A stretch of DNA of 46,453 bases, from the sequence record SRR20825019_1820, one strand, 5' to 3'. Positions within the stretch are counted from its first letter, which is position 1; every line of letters begins with the position of its first letter. The translations under genes and the position numbers were made by a program. The notes beneath the pieces are model-generated. The model was not told where the DNA came from. It made no database searches and saw only the letters and a list, made by a program, of their open reading frames with translations. This document shows positions 27,612 to 37,456 of this stretch, in pieces.

Positions 27612-28712
27612 TTATTTGGCCATGCCTTCGATGGTCTGCCGGATGATCTGGCGGGACCGCCACAGCACCATTTCCTTCCAGTCGGCCTTGTCCGGGGAAT
27701 AGTGATCCCGGATCTGCTGCTTGATGCGCTTGGTTTCCGGTGCCGACCAGTCAACGTCGCCCTGATTGTGCAGCCAGTGATCTTCACGGAGTACAAGCAA
27801 ACCACGGTCTGTCGGGAAGGTGCCGTATTCCAGGGCAACATAGGTGTAATTGTCGCCAAGCTCCGCATTCCACATCTCGCGCGAGGTGCCGTGCAGCGGG
27901 ATGGAGGAGGAGGTGCCAAGCTCCGGCACGCCAACGGAATCGCCGTACATTTCGACAACCCGCTTCATACCCGTGCTGCCCGGCAGATGCGCGCAGATGG
28001 GCTCGCCATAGCCATAAGGGCCGAGGCCTGTGTGGTAATCGATGACGCTGACCAGGGCGCGGTCCGCTAGCGTGAAGTCACGGATGATCTTTTCCAGCGT
28101 CTGGCGCGCCCATGAAGGCCCGAAGCCGCCAAAGAACATGCTGTGTGCATGCTTGTACTGACCGGCCTTGCGGGCTGTCTGGAAAGCGCTTTCGCCATGT
28201 TCGGCCCGGTACTTGGCGATCTTTTCCTTCGCCTTTGCCATGGTTGCGTCGTCAAGGGACGGCGGGACGAGGGCATCGACCAGCTCGTCATGGCCCGGGT
28301 TTTCCGGAATGGGCTTGGTGAAGTCGATATAATTCCGGTTCAGGTCGCAGCCTTCTTCGGTGACCCGGCGCAGCCAGGCGAAGCCGTGCGGGTTCAATGC
28401 GTGAATGTGCAGCGCTGCCATATCCGCCTCGAGCCCTTGCCGGGCGCCGGACAGGAACCAGTCGATCTGCGCGCCCGAGCCGCAGAACCCTTCCACGCCG
28501 TGGGTGGAGGAGATCGTCACCAGAACCTTCTTCGCATCCTTCGGTCCGACCCAGGCGGCGTCACAGGCGAGGGTTTCGCCGTAGGGGCCTTTGTTCGGGT
28601 TCTCGTAAGTCGTGACCGTGGCGCCTTCGCGCTCGGCCGCGGCGAGAAAGCGCTCGCGCGCCTGACGGTAATCTTCGGAAAATGCGTGATCGATGAATTC
28701 GAGGATGCTCAT
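27612..28712 (-). CDS. DUF2817 / M14 family metallopeptidase-like protein
   Basis: FSEDY..ARERF, SSTHGVEGFCGS, HALNPHGFAWLRRVTE...DLNRN, DYHTGLG, LEYGT. Confidence 0.85.
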   Translation of the reverse strand: MSILEFIDHAFSEDYRQARERFLAAAEREGATVTTYENPNKGPYGETLACDAAWVGPKDAKKVLVTISSTHGVEGFCGSGAQIDWFLSGARQGLEADMAALHIHALNPHGFAWLRRVTEEGCDLNRNYIDFTKPIPENPGHDELVDALVPPSLDDATMAKAKEKIAKYRAEHGESAFQTARKAGQYKHAHSMFFGGFGPSWARQTLEKIIRDFTLADRALVSVIDYHTGLGPYGYGEPICAHLPGSTGMKRVVEMYGDSVGVPELGTSSSIPLHGTSREMWNAELGDNYTYVALEYGTFPTDRGLLVLREDHWLHNQGDVDWSAPETKRIKQQIRDHYSPDKADWKEMVLWRSRQIIRQTIEGMAK

Positions 28713-28890
28713 CTGGTCCAGTCCATGGGGAAGGTGGCGAAAGCCGTGAAGGGGGACAGAGTAGCAAACAGCCGGACCCCGGCGCCATTGCCGTAACGGA
28801 AATATCTGTTGAGCTGATCGGGACAAGTTGGCAGCGTTGCCGCCTCAGTATCCAGAACTGCGTGCCAGAAAAGTGTGAGTGCGAGGCGTC

Positions 28891-30441
28891 ATGGCGTTAC
28901 CCGGGAACATCCTGCTTATTACCGCCGATCAGTGGCGTGGTGACTGTCTCTCTATCCTCGGTCATCCGGCTGTACGGACACCCAATATCGATGCACTGGC
29001 GGCCGATGGCGTGCTGTTCGAGCGGCATTATTGCCAGGCCGCGCCGTGCTCGCCAGCCCGCGCCTCTCTCTATACGGGGCTCTATCAGATGAACCATCGG
29101 GTCTGCCGGAACGGCAGTCCGCTGGATGCGCGTTTCACCAATATCGCGCAGGAAGGCCGCCGGGCCGGGTATGGCCCGGTTTTGCTCGGTTATACGGACC
29201 AGACCTTCGACCCGCGAACCCGGCATCCGAAAGACCCGCGTCTCACCACCTATGAAGAAGTACTGCCGGGGTTCGAGCGGCACACGCGATACGACGAACA
29301 TGCGCTTGATTGGCTGCACTGGCTGGAGGGCAAGGGCGAAGACGCGTCCGGTGGTCTTAACGGGGTCTATGGCTCGGTGCCGCAGGACGGCCCTTTCAGC
29401 CGGGCGGATCTGACGCCGAAATTTGCCTCCGAGCATACGGAAACCGGCTACATCACCGAACGGTTCCTCGACTATCTGGGGCAACAGGATGCGGACAAAC
29501 CATGGTTCGCGCATCTTTCCTTTATCCGGCCGCACCCGCCATTCTCGGTGCCGGAGCCCTACAATTCCATGATCGATGATGCGCTGGTGCCGGAGCCGAG
29601 CCGGGCGGCGTCGGTCGAAGCGGAAGCGGCGCAACATCCGTTCCTGCGCTTCATGCTGGACCGGGTGCCGTCCAAGTCTTTCGTGCCGGGCGGCGGCGAC
29701 CGGCTGGTGACGGACTGGAGCGACGAGGAGGTCCGGGCCGTGCGGGCGATCTATTTCGCCATGGTGGCGGAAGTGGATGCGCAGCTCGGCCGTTTGGTCG
29801 ACGGGTTGAAAGAGGCTGGGGCCTATGAAGACACGCTGATCGTGCTGACCAGCGATCACGCGGAAATGCTGGGCGACCACCATCTGTTCGGCAAGCTGGG
29901 CTATTTCGAGCAGAGTTATCACATTCCGCTCATCATCCGGATGCCGGGAGCGCAGAATCCGCGCGGCGTCAGGGTGGACCGGTTCACGGAATCCATCGAT
30001 ATCGCGCCGACCCTGGCGGAATGGTCCGGCATTCCGACACCGTTGCAATATGACGGTCGGTCCCTGCTGCCGTTTCTGGAAGGCAAGGAGCCGTCCACAT
30101 GGCGCGATGCGGCCCATTGGGAGTTTGATTTCAGGGACGTCACCGGCGGTGTTCCCGAGAGGGAACTGGGCTTGCGGCTCGATCAATGTCAGCTCGCGGT
30201 GCGGCGGGAAGGCCGGTTCAAATATGTCCATTTTGCCGCCTTGCCGCCGTTGCTGTTCGATCTGGAGAATGATCCGGATGAATTGGTCAATCTCTCCGGC
30301 AATCCTGACTATGCGGCAGAGGAACTTGCGGCGGCGCGCGGCATGCTGTCCTGGCGGCAGGCGATGAGCGAACGCACCCTGAACGGGATCGATGTGACGA
30401 CGGATGGGCCGGTAGAGCGAAGCTTCGCGGAGCGTTTTTAA
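28891..30441 (+). CDS. Sulfatase-family hydrolase, phosphonate monoester hydrolase/phosphodiesterase-like
   Basis: NILLITADQWRGD, CSPARASLYTGLYQMNHR (CxPxR), RPHPP, TSDHAEMLGDH, HWEFDFRD, YVHFAALPPLLFD. Confidence 0.85.
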   Translation: MALPGNILLITADQWRGDCLSILGHPAVRTPNIDALAADGVLFERHYCQAAPCSPARASLYTGLYQMNHRVCRNGSPLDARFTNIAQEGRRAGYGPVLLGYTDQTFDPRTRHPKDPRLTTYEEVLPGFERHTRYDEHALDWLHWLEGKGEDASGGLNGVYGSVPQDGPFSRADLTPKFASEHTETGYITERFLDYLGQQDADKPWFAHLSFIRPHPPFSVPEPYNSMIDDALVPEPSRAASVEAEAAQHPFLRFMLDRVPSKSFVPGGGDRLVTDWSDEEVRAVRAIYFAMVAEVDAQLGRLVDGLKEAGAYEDTLIVLTSDHAEMLGDHHLFGKLGYFEQSYHIPLIIRMPGAQNPRGVRVDRFTESIDIAPTLAEWSGIPTPLQYDGRSLLPFLEGKEPSTWRDAAHWEFDFRDVTGGVPERELGLRLDQCQLAVRREGRFKYVHFAALPPLLFDLENDPDELVNLSGNPDYAAEELAAARGMLSWRQAMSERTLNGIDVTTDGPVERSFAERF

Positions 30442-30468
30442 ACGAGCCTAGCGAAGCTTCGCGGAGCG
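30416..30468. repeat. 19-bp direct repeat containing a 12-bp palindrome
   Basis: AGCGAAGCTTCGCGGAGCG at 30416-30434 and 30450-30468, on either side of the sulfatase stop codon. Confidence 0.85.
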
Positions 30469-30590
30469 ATTCTGAGAAATCGTAATCATCCTTCGCCAAT
30501 TGATACTTATCCGGTTCCGTGCCGCACCTTGGCGGTGCGCGTAAAGCGCTGCTAAGTTACTGAAAACAGCGAGCGCATTCGGGGGATGTT

Positions 30591-31562
30591 ATGAGCGAAG
30601 CAGCCGATTATTCGATTGATCCACAGATGGCGAAAGCTATGGAACGGATGGTGAAGATCGTCGAAGAGGAAGGGCTTCCACCGCTCCCCGTTAATCCAAG
30701 CCCGCCGGAATCCCGCGCCCGGATGGAAGCGGAGCGGTCCTGGTGGAACCAGGACCTGCCGGAAATGGCTGATGTCCGCGAGGAACATATCGACGGCCCG
30801 AACGGCCCGATCCGGGTGCGTCTGCTTTACCCGGACGTGCCGCGCCCTGCGCCGGTGCTGGTGTATTTCCATGGTGGCGGCTGGGTTGTCGGATCGCTGG
30901 AGACCCATCACCGGGCAATGCGCTGTCTGGCGCTGGAAAGCGGCTGCGCCGTTGTTGCCGTGGATTACCGGCTTGCGCCCGAGCATAAATTCCCGGCCCC
31001 GTTGCAGGATTGCGTCGCCGCGATCGAGTATGTCCGGGACCATGGGGCTGACTGGGGGCTGGACGTTGGAAAAATTGCCGTTGGTGGTGACAGCGCCGGC
31101 GCCAACCTCGCCCTTGGGGCAGCGCTTGCTCTGCGTGACAAGGGCGACAGCCCGATCCGCTCCCTGACCCTGTTTTATGGCTGCTTCGACCGGGATCTCG
31201 AAGATGAGTCCCATTCATTGTTCGGTGATGGCTCCTTTGGGCTCTCCACGTTGTCTATGCGCTGGTACTGGAGCCACTATCTGCGCGACGCTGCGGATGC
31301 GGAAAACCCTCTCGCATGCCCGCTGAAAGCGGATCTCGCAGGGCTGCCGCCGACCCAGCTTTACCCGGCAGGCCTCGATCCGCTGCGGGATGATTCCATC
31401 CACATGCATGACCGGATGAAGGCTGCGGGTGTGCCCGTCGAGTACAAGCTCTATCCCGGGGTCTGCCACGCTTTCATCAACCTGACCCGGATGGTTGATC
31501 AGGCGCATGAGCTGATCGGCGATGCCTCTGCCGCAATCCGGCGGAACCTCGGCCTAAGCTGA
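30591..31562 (+). CDS. Alpha/beta hydrolase, HSL-family esterase
   Basis: HGGGW, VDYRLAPEHKFP, GDSAG, DPLRD, HAF. Confidence 0.95.
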   Translation: MSEAADYSIDPQMAKAMERMVKIVEEEGLPPLPVNPSPPESRARMEAERSWWNQDLPEMADVREEHIDGPNGPIRVRLLYPDVPRPAPVLVYFHGGGWVVGSLETHHRAMRCLALESGCAVVAVDYRLAPEHKFPAPLQDCVAAIEYVRDHGADWGLDVGKIAVGGDSAGANLALGAALALRDKGDSPIRSLTLFYGCFDRDLEDESHSLFGDGSFGLSTLSMRWYWSHYLRDAADAENPLACPLKADLAGLPPTQLYPAGLDPLRDDSIHMHDRMKAAGVPVEYKLYPGVCHAFINLTRMVDQAHELIGDASAAIRRNLGLS

Positions 31563-32777
31563 GGTTCCGGGGCGCTCTTTCGGCAGGCCTAGGGTCAGGA
31601 TGTTGGTCATCAGGATGGTTCCCGCCAGCATGTAGAAGACGGAGGCGAGACCGTACTGGTCCGCCAGCATGCCGCCGATGATCGGCATGACAATGGAGAA
31701 GCCGCTCTGCGTGCCGAACATCAGACTGGTGGCGGAGCCGCCGAGATGGTCCGGCGTCAGGTCCATCATCCAGCTATGCACGACGGGCCGCACGGCATAG
31801 AGCACAAAGCCGAGCAGGGAGATCCCCGCGACGAAGGCCGCTTCGCTGCCGAGGAAGGTCAGGCTGGTAATCAGTACGGTGGATGCGCTCAGCCCGGCGA
31901 GCACGACCGTGCGCCGTCCGACGCGATCGGACCAGATTCCCGCTGCCGGTGTGGCGATCACGCCGCCGACCTGCATCGCGGCCATGGCAATGCCGATCAT
32001 GACGGGACCTGAATGCATCACGTCCGCCAGATAAAGCGGCAGGAAAGCCAGCAGGCCGCCCTGTGTCATGGAGCGAAAGCCACTCATCACGCACAGTCCG
32101 AGAATGGCCTTGTTGGCGATCACCGAACGGATCCCGGCGAAATATTCGGAAAGACCGACACCGCGCGCTGCCGTGCCCTCTGCTTTTTTCGTCTCATATC
32201 GCATCAGGCCCACAGCCAGGATGACCGCGACGGCAAGTGCGGGCACGGCGGAAATCTCTGCCGCCTGCTGCCAGCCGAATGCGGCCATCAGGGCACCGGC
32301 GGTCAGGGGTGCAACCGTATCGCCGGCACTGGCGCCAAGCCCGTGAATGGACAGCGCATAGCCCCGGTTCTTCGGATAGCGGTTCGACAGGAAGGAGATT
32401 GCCGGTGGATGCCAGAGATTACTGGTCACGCCGAGCACCACCACAAGCCCGGCGAGGGCGAAGAAGGTGGTGGCGAGCCCCATCGCCATAAGCGCCAATG
32501 CACCAACGGCGACGGACAATATCTGAAAGATCACGCGGCGGCCGGAAAGGTCCACCAGCGGACCGCTGATGAAGTTGGCGGCGAACGCGCTGAAATGGAA
32601 AACACTGACTAGCGCCCCGGTCTCCGTATAACTGAGACCCAGCGCCGTCGACAGGGCCGGGAGCAGCAGGTAGAAGACCGCGTCTGTCCAGTGAATGGCG
32701 CCGTGGCCGAGGCCGACGAGAGTGATGGGAATGTTTTCCCGGAGCGGGAGTCCGGTCAGACGTTCGGAGAAAGACAT
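31554..32777 (-). CDS. MFS transporter
   Basis: About 12 hydrophobic segments, GPLVDLSGRR and GIWSDRVGRR loop motifs, WHPP. Confidence 0.92.
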   Translation of the reverse strand: MSFSERLTGLPLRENIPITLVGLGHGAIHWTDAVFYLLLPALSTALGLSYTETGALVSVFHFSAFAANFISGPLVDLSGRRVIFQILSVAVGALALMAMGLATTFFALAGLVVVLGVTSNLWHPPAISFLSNRYPKNRGYALSIHGLGASAGDTVAPLTAGALMAAFGWQQAAEISAVPALAVAVILAVGLMRYETKKAEGTAARGVGLSEYFAGIRSVIANKAILGLCVMSGFRSMTQGGLLAFLPLYLADVMHSGPVMIGIAMAAMQVGGVIATPAAGIWSDRVGRRTVVLAGLSASTVLITSLTFLGSEAAFVAGISLLGFVLYAVRPVVHSWMMDLTPDHLGGSATSLMFGTQSGFSIVMPIIGGMLADQYGLASVFYMLAGTILMTNILTLGLPKERPGTSA

Positions 32778-32830
32778 GGATATTCCGGGTTACTGTTACG
32801 CTGCCGCCTCGGTTCCGCGGGCAAGGGCGT

Positions 32831-33439
32831 ATGAGGATGGGTGATCAATTTAGCACGCAAGCCCCGGCAATGAGCAATCTCCTTCGTGAATTGCTGGACC
32901 ATGGATTGCTTGAAACCGTGCTGTTCGCCGCATTGCTGCTGGGCGGACTCTCGATCCTCTATTACACCGTGCGGACGGGGGTGCCGCCCATGCCGTCGCA
33001 CCCATCTGTCCGCCGCGCCGTCTTCCGGATGATTCCGGACAGGCTTGCTCCAGCGGTGATCTATGAGCTGGGATGTGGCTGGGGCGGTATCGCCTTCGAA
33101 CTGGCGGCGCGCTATCCGGAAGCACGGGTGGTCGCCATCGAGCTTTCGCCGCTGCCCTGGCTCGTTTGCCATATACGGAGACTTCTACAGCGCCGGCCGA
33201 ACCTCGAAATCCGCCGGGCTGATTTCCTGAAGAGCGATCTTTCGGATGCGGATCTCGTGTTCTGTTATCTGATGGTCGTACCAATGCGTGGCTTGCAACG
33301 GAAGCTTGCCGGTGAGCTGAAGCCGGGTGCAATTGTGATCACAAGCACTTTCGCTTTACCGGACTGGCCGGTTGAAGGAACTGAAACCGTGCCGGAATCC
33401 ATGAGCGCCAATATTTACCGGTATCGGGCTCCCGGGTAA
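32831..33439 (+). CDS. Membrane-anchored class I SAM-dependent methyltransferase
   Basis: TM segment then GVPPMPS, YELGCGWG, AIELSP, RADF, LKPGA; start uncertain (32831-32870). Confidence 0.85.
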   Translation: MRMGDQFSTQAPAMSNLLRELLDHGLLETVLFAALLLGGLSILYYTVRTGVPPMPSHPSVRRAVFRMIPDRLAPAVIYELGCGWGGIAFELAARYPEARVVAIELSPLPWLVCHIRRLLQRRPNLEIRRADFLKSDLSDADLVFCYLMVVPMRGLQRKLAGELKPGAIVITSTFALPDWPVEGTETVPESMSANIYRYRAPG

Positions 33440-33455
33440 TGCGCGGAAGGCGATA

Positions 33456-34310
33456 CTAAAGTGCCAGCCGCTCCGCATGCCAGCGCAGGTGGTCTTCCAT
33501 GAAGCTGGCGATGAAATAATAGGAATGATCATAGCCGTCCTGGCGCCGCATCGTCAGGCCGATGTCGGAGCTGCCGCAAGCCGCTTCCAGCAACTCCGGC
33601 TTGAGCTGGCCTTCCAGAAAACCGTCCGCCAGTCCCTGGTCGACCAGGATTTCGGGAACCCGGGCGCCATCCTTGATCAGGGCGCAGGCGTCATATTGCC
33701 GCCAGTCGGTCTTGTCCGGGCCGATATAGCCGGTCAGTGCCTTATCGCCCCACGGGCAACTGATCGGTGAGCAGATTGGCGCAAAAGCGGAAACGCTTTT
33801 GAAGCGGTCCGGATTTCTCAAAGCGATGGTCAATGCTCCGTGGCCGCCCATGGAATGACCGGTGATAGCCTGCCGGGCCATGTCGAGCGGGAGTGCCTGA
33901 GCAAGCAGAGCGGGCAGTTCCTTCTCGATATAGCTGCGCATCCTGTAATTGGCAGACCATGGGGCTTCCGTCGCATCGACATAGAAACCGGCACCAAGGC
34001 CGAAATCATAAGCGCCATCCGGATCGTCCGGAACGGTATCGCCGCGCGGACTGGTGTCCGGAGCGATCAGGGCGATTCCCAACTCGGATGCATATCGCTG
34101 TGCGCCGGCTTTCACGGTGAAGTTGTCTTCGGTGCAGGTCAGCCCGGAGAGGAACCAAAGCACCGGAACGCTGGCCGTGTCCGCTGCAGGGGGAAGGTAG
34201 ACCGCAACACGCATATCGGTCCCGGTCTCTTCCGAGGCATGGGAAAAGACGAACTGCTTTCCACCGAAAGCCTTGGCTTCGGAGATGGTTGTCAGGGCCG
34301 GTGCGGTCAT
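33456..34310 (-). CDS. fghA: S-formylglutathione hydrolase
   Basis: LSGLTCTE, APDTSPRG, GAGFYVDAT, GHSMGGHGAL, GYDHSYYFIASF. Confidence 0.96.
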   Translation of the reverse strand: MTAPALTTISEAKAFGGKQFVFSHASEETGTDMRVAVYLPPAADTASVPVLWFLSGLTCTEDNFTVKAGAQRYASELGIALIAPDTSPRGDTVPDDPDGAYDFGLGAGFYVDATEAPWSANYRMRSYIEKELPALLAQALPLDMARQAITGHSMGGHGALTIALRNPDRFKSVSAFAPICSPISCPWGDKALTGYIGPDKTDWRQYDACALIKDGARVPEILVDQGLADGFLEGQLKPELLEAACGSSDIGLTMRRQDGYDHSYYFIASFMEDHLRWHAERLAL

Positions 34311-34503
34311 TGGACGCTATCCTCTGTCGTGCGGTTGGGCCTTTGTCATGCGTTCGGCCGGAGGCTACACCATGGTGGCGGCGGGCGGAACGGTTCCGTT
34401 AAAACGGCGGGAAGGAGCCAAGAAAGGTCCCATTCGGGTTATCGGGGTTATGTCCGGCGCCTTAGATCTTTAGGATGCCCGCTGATTTAATAAGAGGGAC
34501 CCC

Positions 34504-35745
34504 ATGCCTAAGATCAATGCCGAGCGCCTGCTGAACGATCTGAAAACCCTGCGTTCCATCGGAGCGGTCGAGACGGGGGTCGTCAGGCCCGCCTTGAGCG
34601 AGAAGGATCTCGAAGCGCGCCGCTGGCTGAAGAAGCGTTTCGAAGAAGCCGGACTGGATACGACACTCGACGGCGTCGCGAATGTGCTGGGCCGCTCCAG
34701 GAATAACGGTCCGGCCCTGATCGTCGGCTCCCATTCGGACACGCAGCCGCGCGGCGGCTGGCTGGATGGTGCGCTTGGCGTGATCTATGGTCTCGAGGTG
34801 GCGCGCGCGCTGGCGGAAGACCCGGAGACCTCCGACCTCGCGGTTGATGTGATCTCCTGGCAGGACGAGGAAAGCCGCTTCTATGGCTGCATCGGCTCCC
34901 GGTCGTGGATCGGCACCCTTGATCCCGAAGTGGAAGCAAACGCGACCGACCGGGATGGCGTGAAACTGACCGATGCGCTGAAGGATGCGGGGCTGACCGA
35001 TGTTCCGCGCCTGCGGATGGAAGAGGGCCGCTATGCCGGTTACCTTGAGGCGCATATCGAGCAGGGCGCCTGGCTGGAAGATGCCGGAGAGCAGATCGGT
35101 GTCGTCACCGGCATCGTTGGTATTCGCGGCATGACACTGAAGTTCGTCGGCGAGCAGAACCATGCCGGTACGACCACGATGGCGCGCCGCAAGGATGCTG
35201 CCACCGCGCTCTTCCGGGTTGCGAACCGTATTCACGAGGAATTCCCGAAGCATGCCAAGCCGACCACGGTCTGGACGCTTGGGCGCGTGGTGATCGAACC
35301 GGGCGCGGCCTCGATCGTGCCGGGCTATGCCGAGCTTACCCTGCAGTTCCGGGACAGCGAGGAAGCATTGCTCGACAAGTTCGAGGAGATCGTCGCGGAG
35401 CTGATCGCCGAAGTGAATGCGGAGGGCCGCATCAAGGCCAGTGCCGAGCGTTCGCGCACACCGGTTCCCCCGTCGGACATGGATGAAAACTTCCAGGAGC
35501 ATCTGGCGGCTGCTGCGGAGAAGACTTCTCCGGGTAAGTGGCGACGGATGCCGAGTGCGGCCGGACACGATCCTATGGTGCTCACTGAAGCGCTGCCCTG
35601 TGCCATGTTGTTTATTCCGTCCATCGGCGGCATCAGCCACGATTTCGCCGAGGACAGCCATGAGGAGGATATTGTCGCCGGGTGCCAGGTGCTCGCCGAT
35701 GCCGCTGCGTCCATCCTCAAAACCTCCCAGAAGGAGACATCATGA
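34504..35745 (+). CDS. Zn-dependent hydrolase, hydantoinase/carbamoylase-family amidase (M20)
   Basis: GSHSDTQPRGGWLDGALG, DEE, YLEAHIEQG, NHAGTT, SAAGHD, GGISH. Confidence 0.92.
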   Translation: MPKINAERLLNDLKTLRSIGAVETGVVRPALSEKDLEARRWLKKRFEEAGLDTTLDGVANVLGRSRNNGPALIVGSHSDTQPRGGWLDGALGVIYGLEVARALAEDPETSDLAVDVISWQDEESRFYGCIGSRSWIGTLDPEVEANATDRDGVKLTDALKDAGLTDVPRLRMEEGRYAGYLEAHIEQGAWLEDAGEQIGVVTGIVGIRGMTLKFVGEQNHAGTTTMARRKDAATALFRVANRIHEEFPKHAKPTTVWTLGRVVIEPGAASIVPGYAELTLQFRDSEEALLDKFEEIVAELIAEVNAEGRIKASAERSRTPVPPSDMDENFQEHLAAAAEKTSPGKWRRMPSAAGHDPMVLTEALPCAMLFIPSIGGISHDFAEDSHEEDIVAGCQVLADAAASILKTSQKETS

Positions 35746-36536
35746 CCTCAGCCGAAAATACGGCGCGCGCTGTCGAAATCCTCGCAGCGTCGCGTCTCGG
35801 CGGTGGACCGACTGACCGTCTCCCCGACCCGCTCATGCCGGAGACGGTTGCGGAAGGGTATGACCTGCAGAACCAGTTGAACGCGCACCTGACGCAAGCC
35901 GGATTCGGGCCGGTTGTCGGTCACAAGATCGGCTGCACCACAAAGGTGATGCAGGACTATATGAAGATCAGCGAGCCATGCGCTGGCGAGATATTCGCCA
36001 CCATGGAATTTCATGAGCGCGCCGATGTTCAGATAGAGCTGTATCACCGGATCGGGATCGAGGTCGAAATCGGGGTCTTGCTCTCGCATGACATGGTCAA
36101 GGACGAGGCATTCACCCGGGAGACGGTCGGCGGTTATGTCGAGGCCGTATTGCCTGCGGTTGAGCTCGTGGATGATCGCTATGTCGATTATCCGTCGTTG
36201 CCGGTGCCGATGCTCGTGGCCGATAATTTCTTCAATTCCGGCGCGGTTCTCGGGGTGCCGGTACTGAACTGGCAGCATCTCGATTTAGCGGCCATCACGG
36301 GCAACCTCTATATTGATGGGGATGAAGCCGGAGCCGGTATCGGAGCCGACATACTGGGCCATCCGTTCGAGGCTCTTGCCTGGCTCGCAAATCTGCGCCG
36401 CAAACAGGAACGGCCCCTGAAGGCCGGAGAATTTGTTCTCCTCGGCAGTATCGTCAAGACCGTGCATTTCGACGAGCCGGCCCAGTGTGTCGCGGATCTT
36501 GGCGAGCTTGGCCGGATCGAGGTGAATTTCACCTGA
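35742..36536 (+). CDS. 2-keto-4-pentenoate hydratase / FAH superfamily protein
   Basis: GHKIGCTT..MQ, IEVEIG, VELVDDRY, ADN, LGHPFEALAWLAN; ATGA overlap with the upstream gene. Confidence 0.88.
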   Translation: MTSAENTARAVEILAASRLGGGPTDRLPDPLMPETVAEGYDLQNQLNAHLTQAGFGPVVGHKIGCTTKVMQDYMKISEPCAGEIFATMEFHERADVQIELYHRIGIEVEIGVLLSHDMVKDEAFTRETVGGYVEAVLPAVELVDDRYVDYPSLPVPMLVADNFFNSGAVLGVPVLNWQHLDLAAITGNLYIDGDEAGAGIGADILGHPFEALAWLANLRRKQERPLKAGEFVLLGSIVKTVHFDEPAQCVADLGELGRIEVNFT

Positions 36537-36745
36537 CCGGGAGGAAGAGCCCGGCCAAGGACCCGCGATTCGTTTGATTTTTGCCGCCAATGATTTTGTG
36601 TCAGGCGAACCAATTTTCTGATGAAATGCGCCAGAGGTTTTACAGCGCTTGTCGGACACACCAGCTGGTGTCACCATCCCGCGGTCTTGTACGACCATGG
36701 AAATTGTGTGGGTTTGACGGGCGATAGTTCGGGAACGGCTTGGGT

Positions 36746-37456
36746 ATGGCGACTTTCGTATTGGTTCATGGGGCGTGGCATGGTGGCTGGTGCTGGCGGC
36801 GGGTCGCCGACCGGCTGCGCGCCGCCGGGCACGATGTTTATACACCGACACTGACTGGTCTTGCCGACCGTTCTCATCTGCTGTCTCCGTCGGTCAGGCT
36901 GCAGACCCATATCCTCGATATTGCCAATCTGCTGTCATGGGAGGATCTGGAGTCCGTGGTTCTGTGCGGCCATTCCTATGGCGGCATGGTGATTACCGGG
37001 GCGGCGGACCGGGAAGCTCGGCGGATCAAGTCGCTGGTCTATGTCGATGCCTTTGTGCCCTCCGACGGGGAAAGCGCAATGGACTCGCGCCCGCCCGAGC
37101 GGGTCGAGCTGGCCTTCGAACAAATCAAATCCGTCGGCGAGGGATGGTGGATGCCGCCGACCCCGGCAGCGTCGTTTCGTGTGAACGAGGCGGATCAGGC
37201 TTGGGTCGATGCGAAATGCACGAACTTCCCGATTTCCTGTTTCACCCAGCCGGTCCGGCTGACGGGCGCAGTGGACGGCATATCCGGCAAATATTATGTC
37301 CGGGCAGGCGGCTATAAAGCCCCGCAGTTCGATGCGTGTGTCGAGAAACTGAGCGGCAACCCGGACTGGAATGTCCGAAGCTTGTCTTGCGGGCATGACA
37401 TTATGGTCGACATGCCGGATGAGCTTACCGCTGTGCTGGAAGAAGCCTGCCAATAA
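36746..37456 (+). CDS. Alpha/beta hydrolase (esterase, Abhydrolase_6 type)
   Basis: FVLVHGAWHGGWCW, GHSYGG, VDAFVP, GHDIM. Confidence 0.93.
   Translation: MATFVLVHGAWHGGWCWRRVADRLRAAGHDVYTPTLTGLADRSHLLSPSVRLQTHILDIANLLSWEDLESVVLCGHSYGGMVITGAADREARRIKSLVYVDAFVPSDGESAMDSRPPERVELAFEQIKSVGEGWWMPPTPAASFRVNEADQAWVDAKCTNFPISCFTQPVRLTGAVDGISGKYYVRAGGYKAPQFDACVEKLSGNPDWNVRSLSCGHDIMVDMPDELTAVLEEACQ

Noticed and set aside
28897..30231. 444-aa minus-strand ORF, and similar long shadows at 18856-19995, 34462-35661, 7219-8094 and 24115-25032
   Set aside because: They lie antisense to well-supported genes; long stop-free shadows are expected in high-GC coding DNA.
31554..31562. Overlapping convergent 3' ends (also 18075-18078)
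   Set aside because: Overlaps of 4-9 nt are common in compact bacterial genomes.
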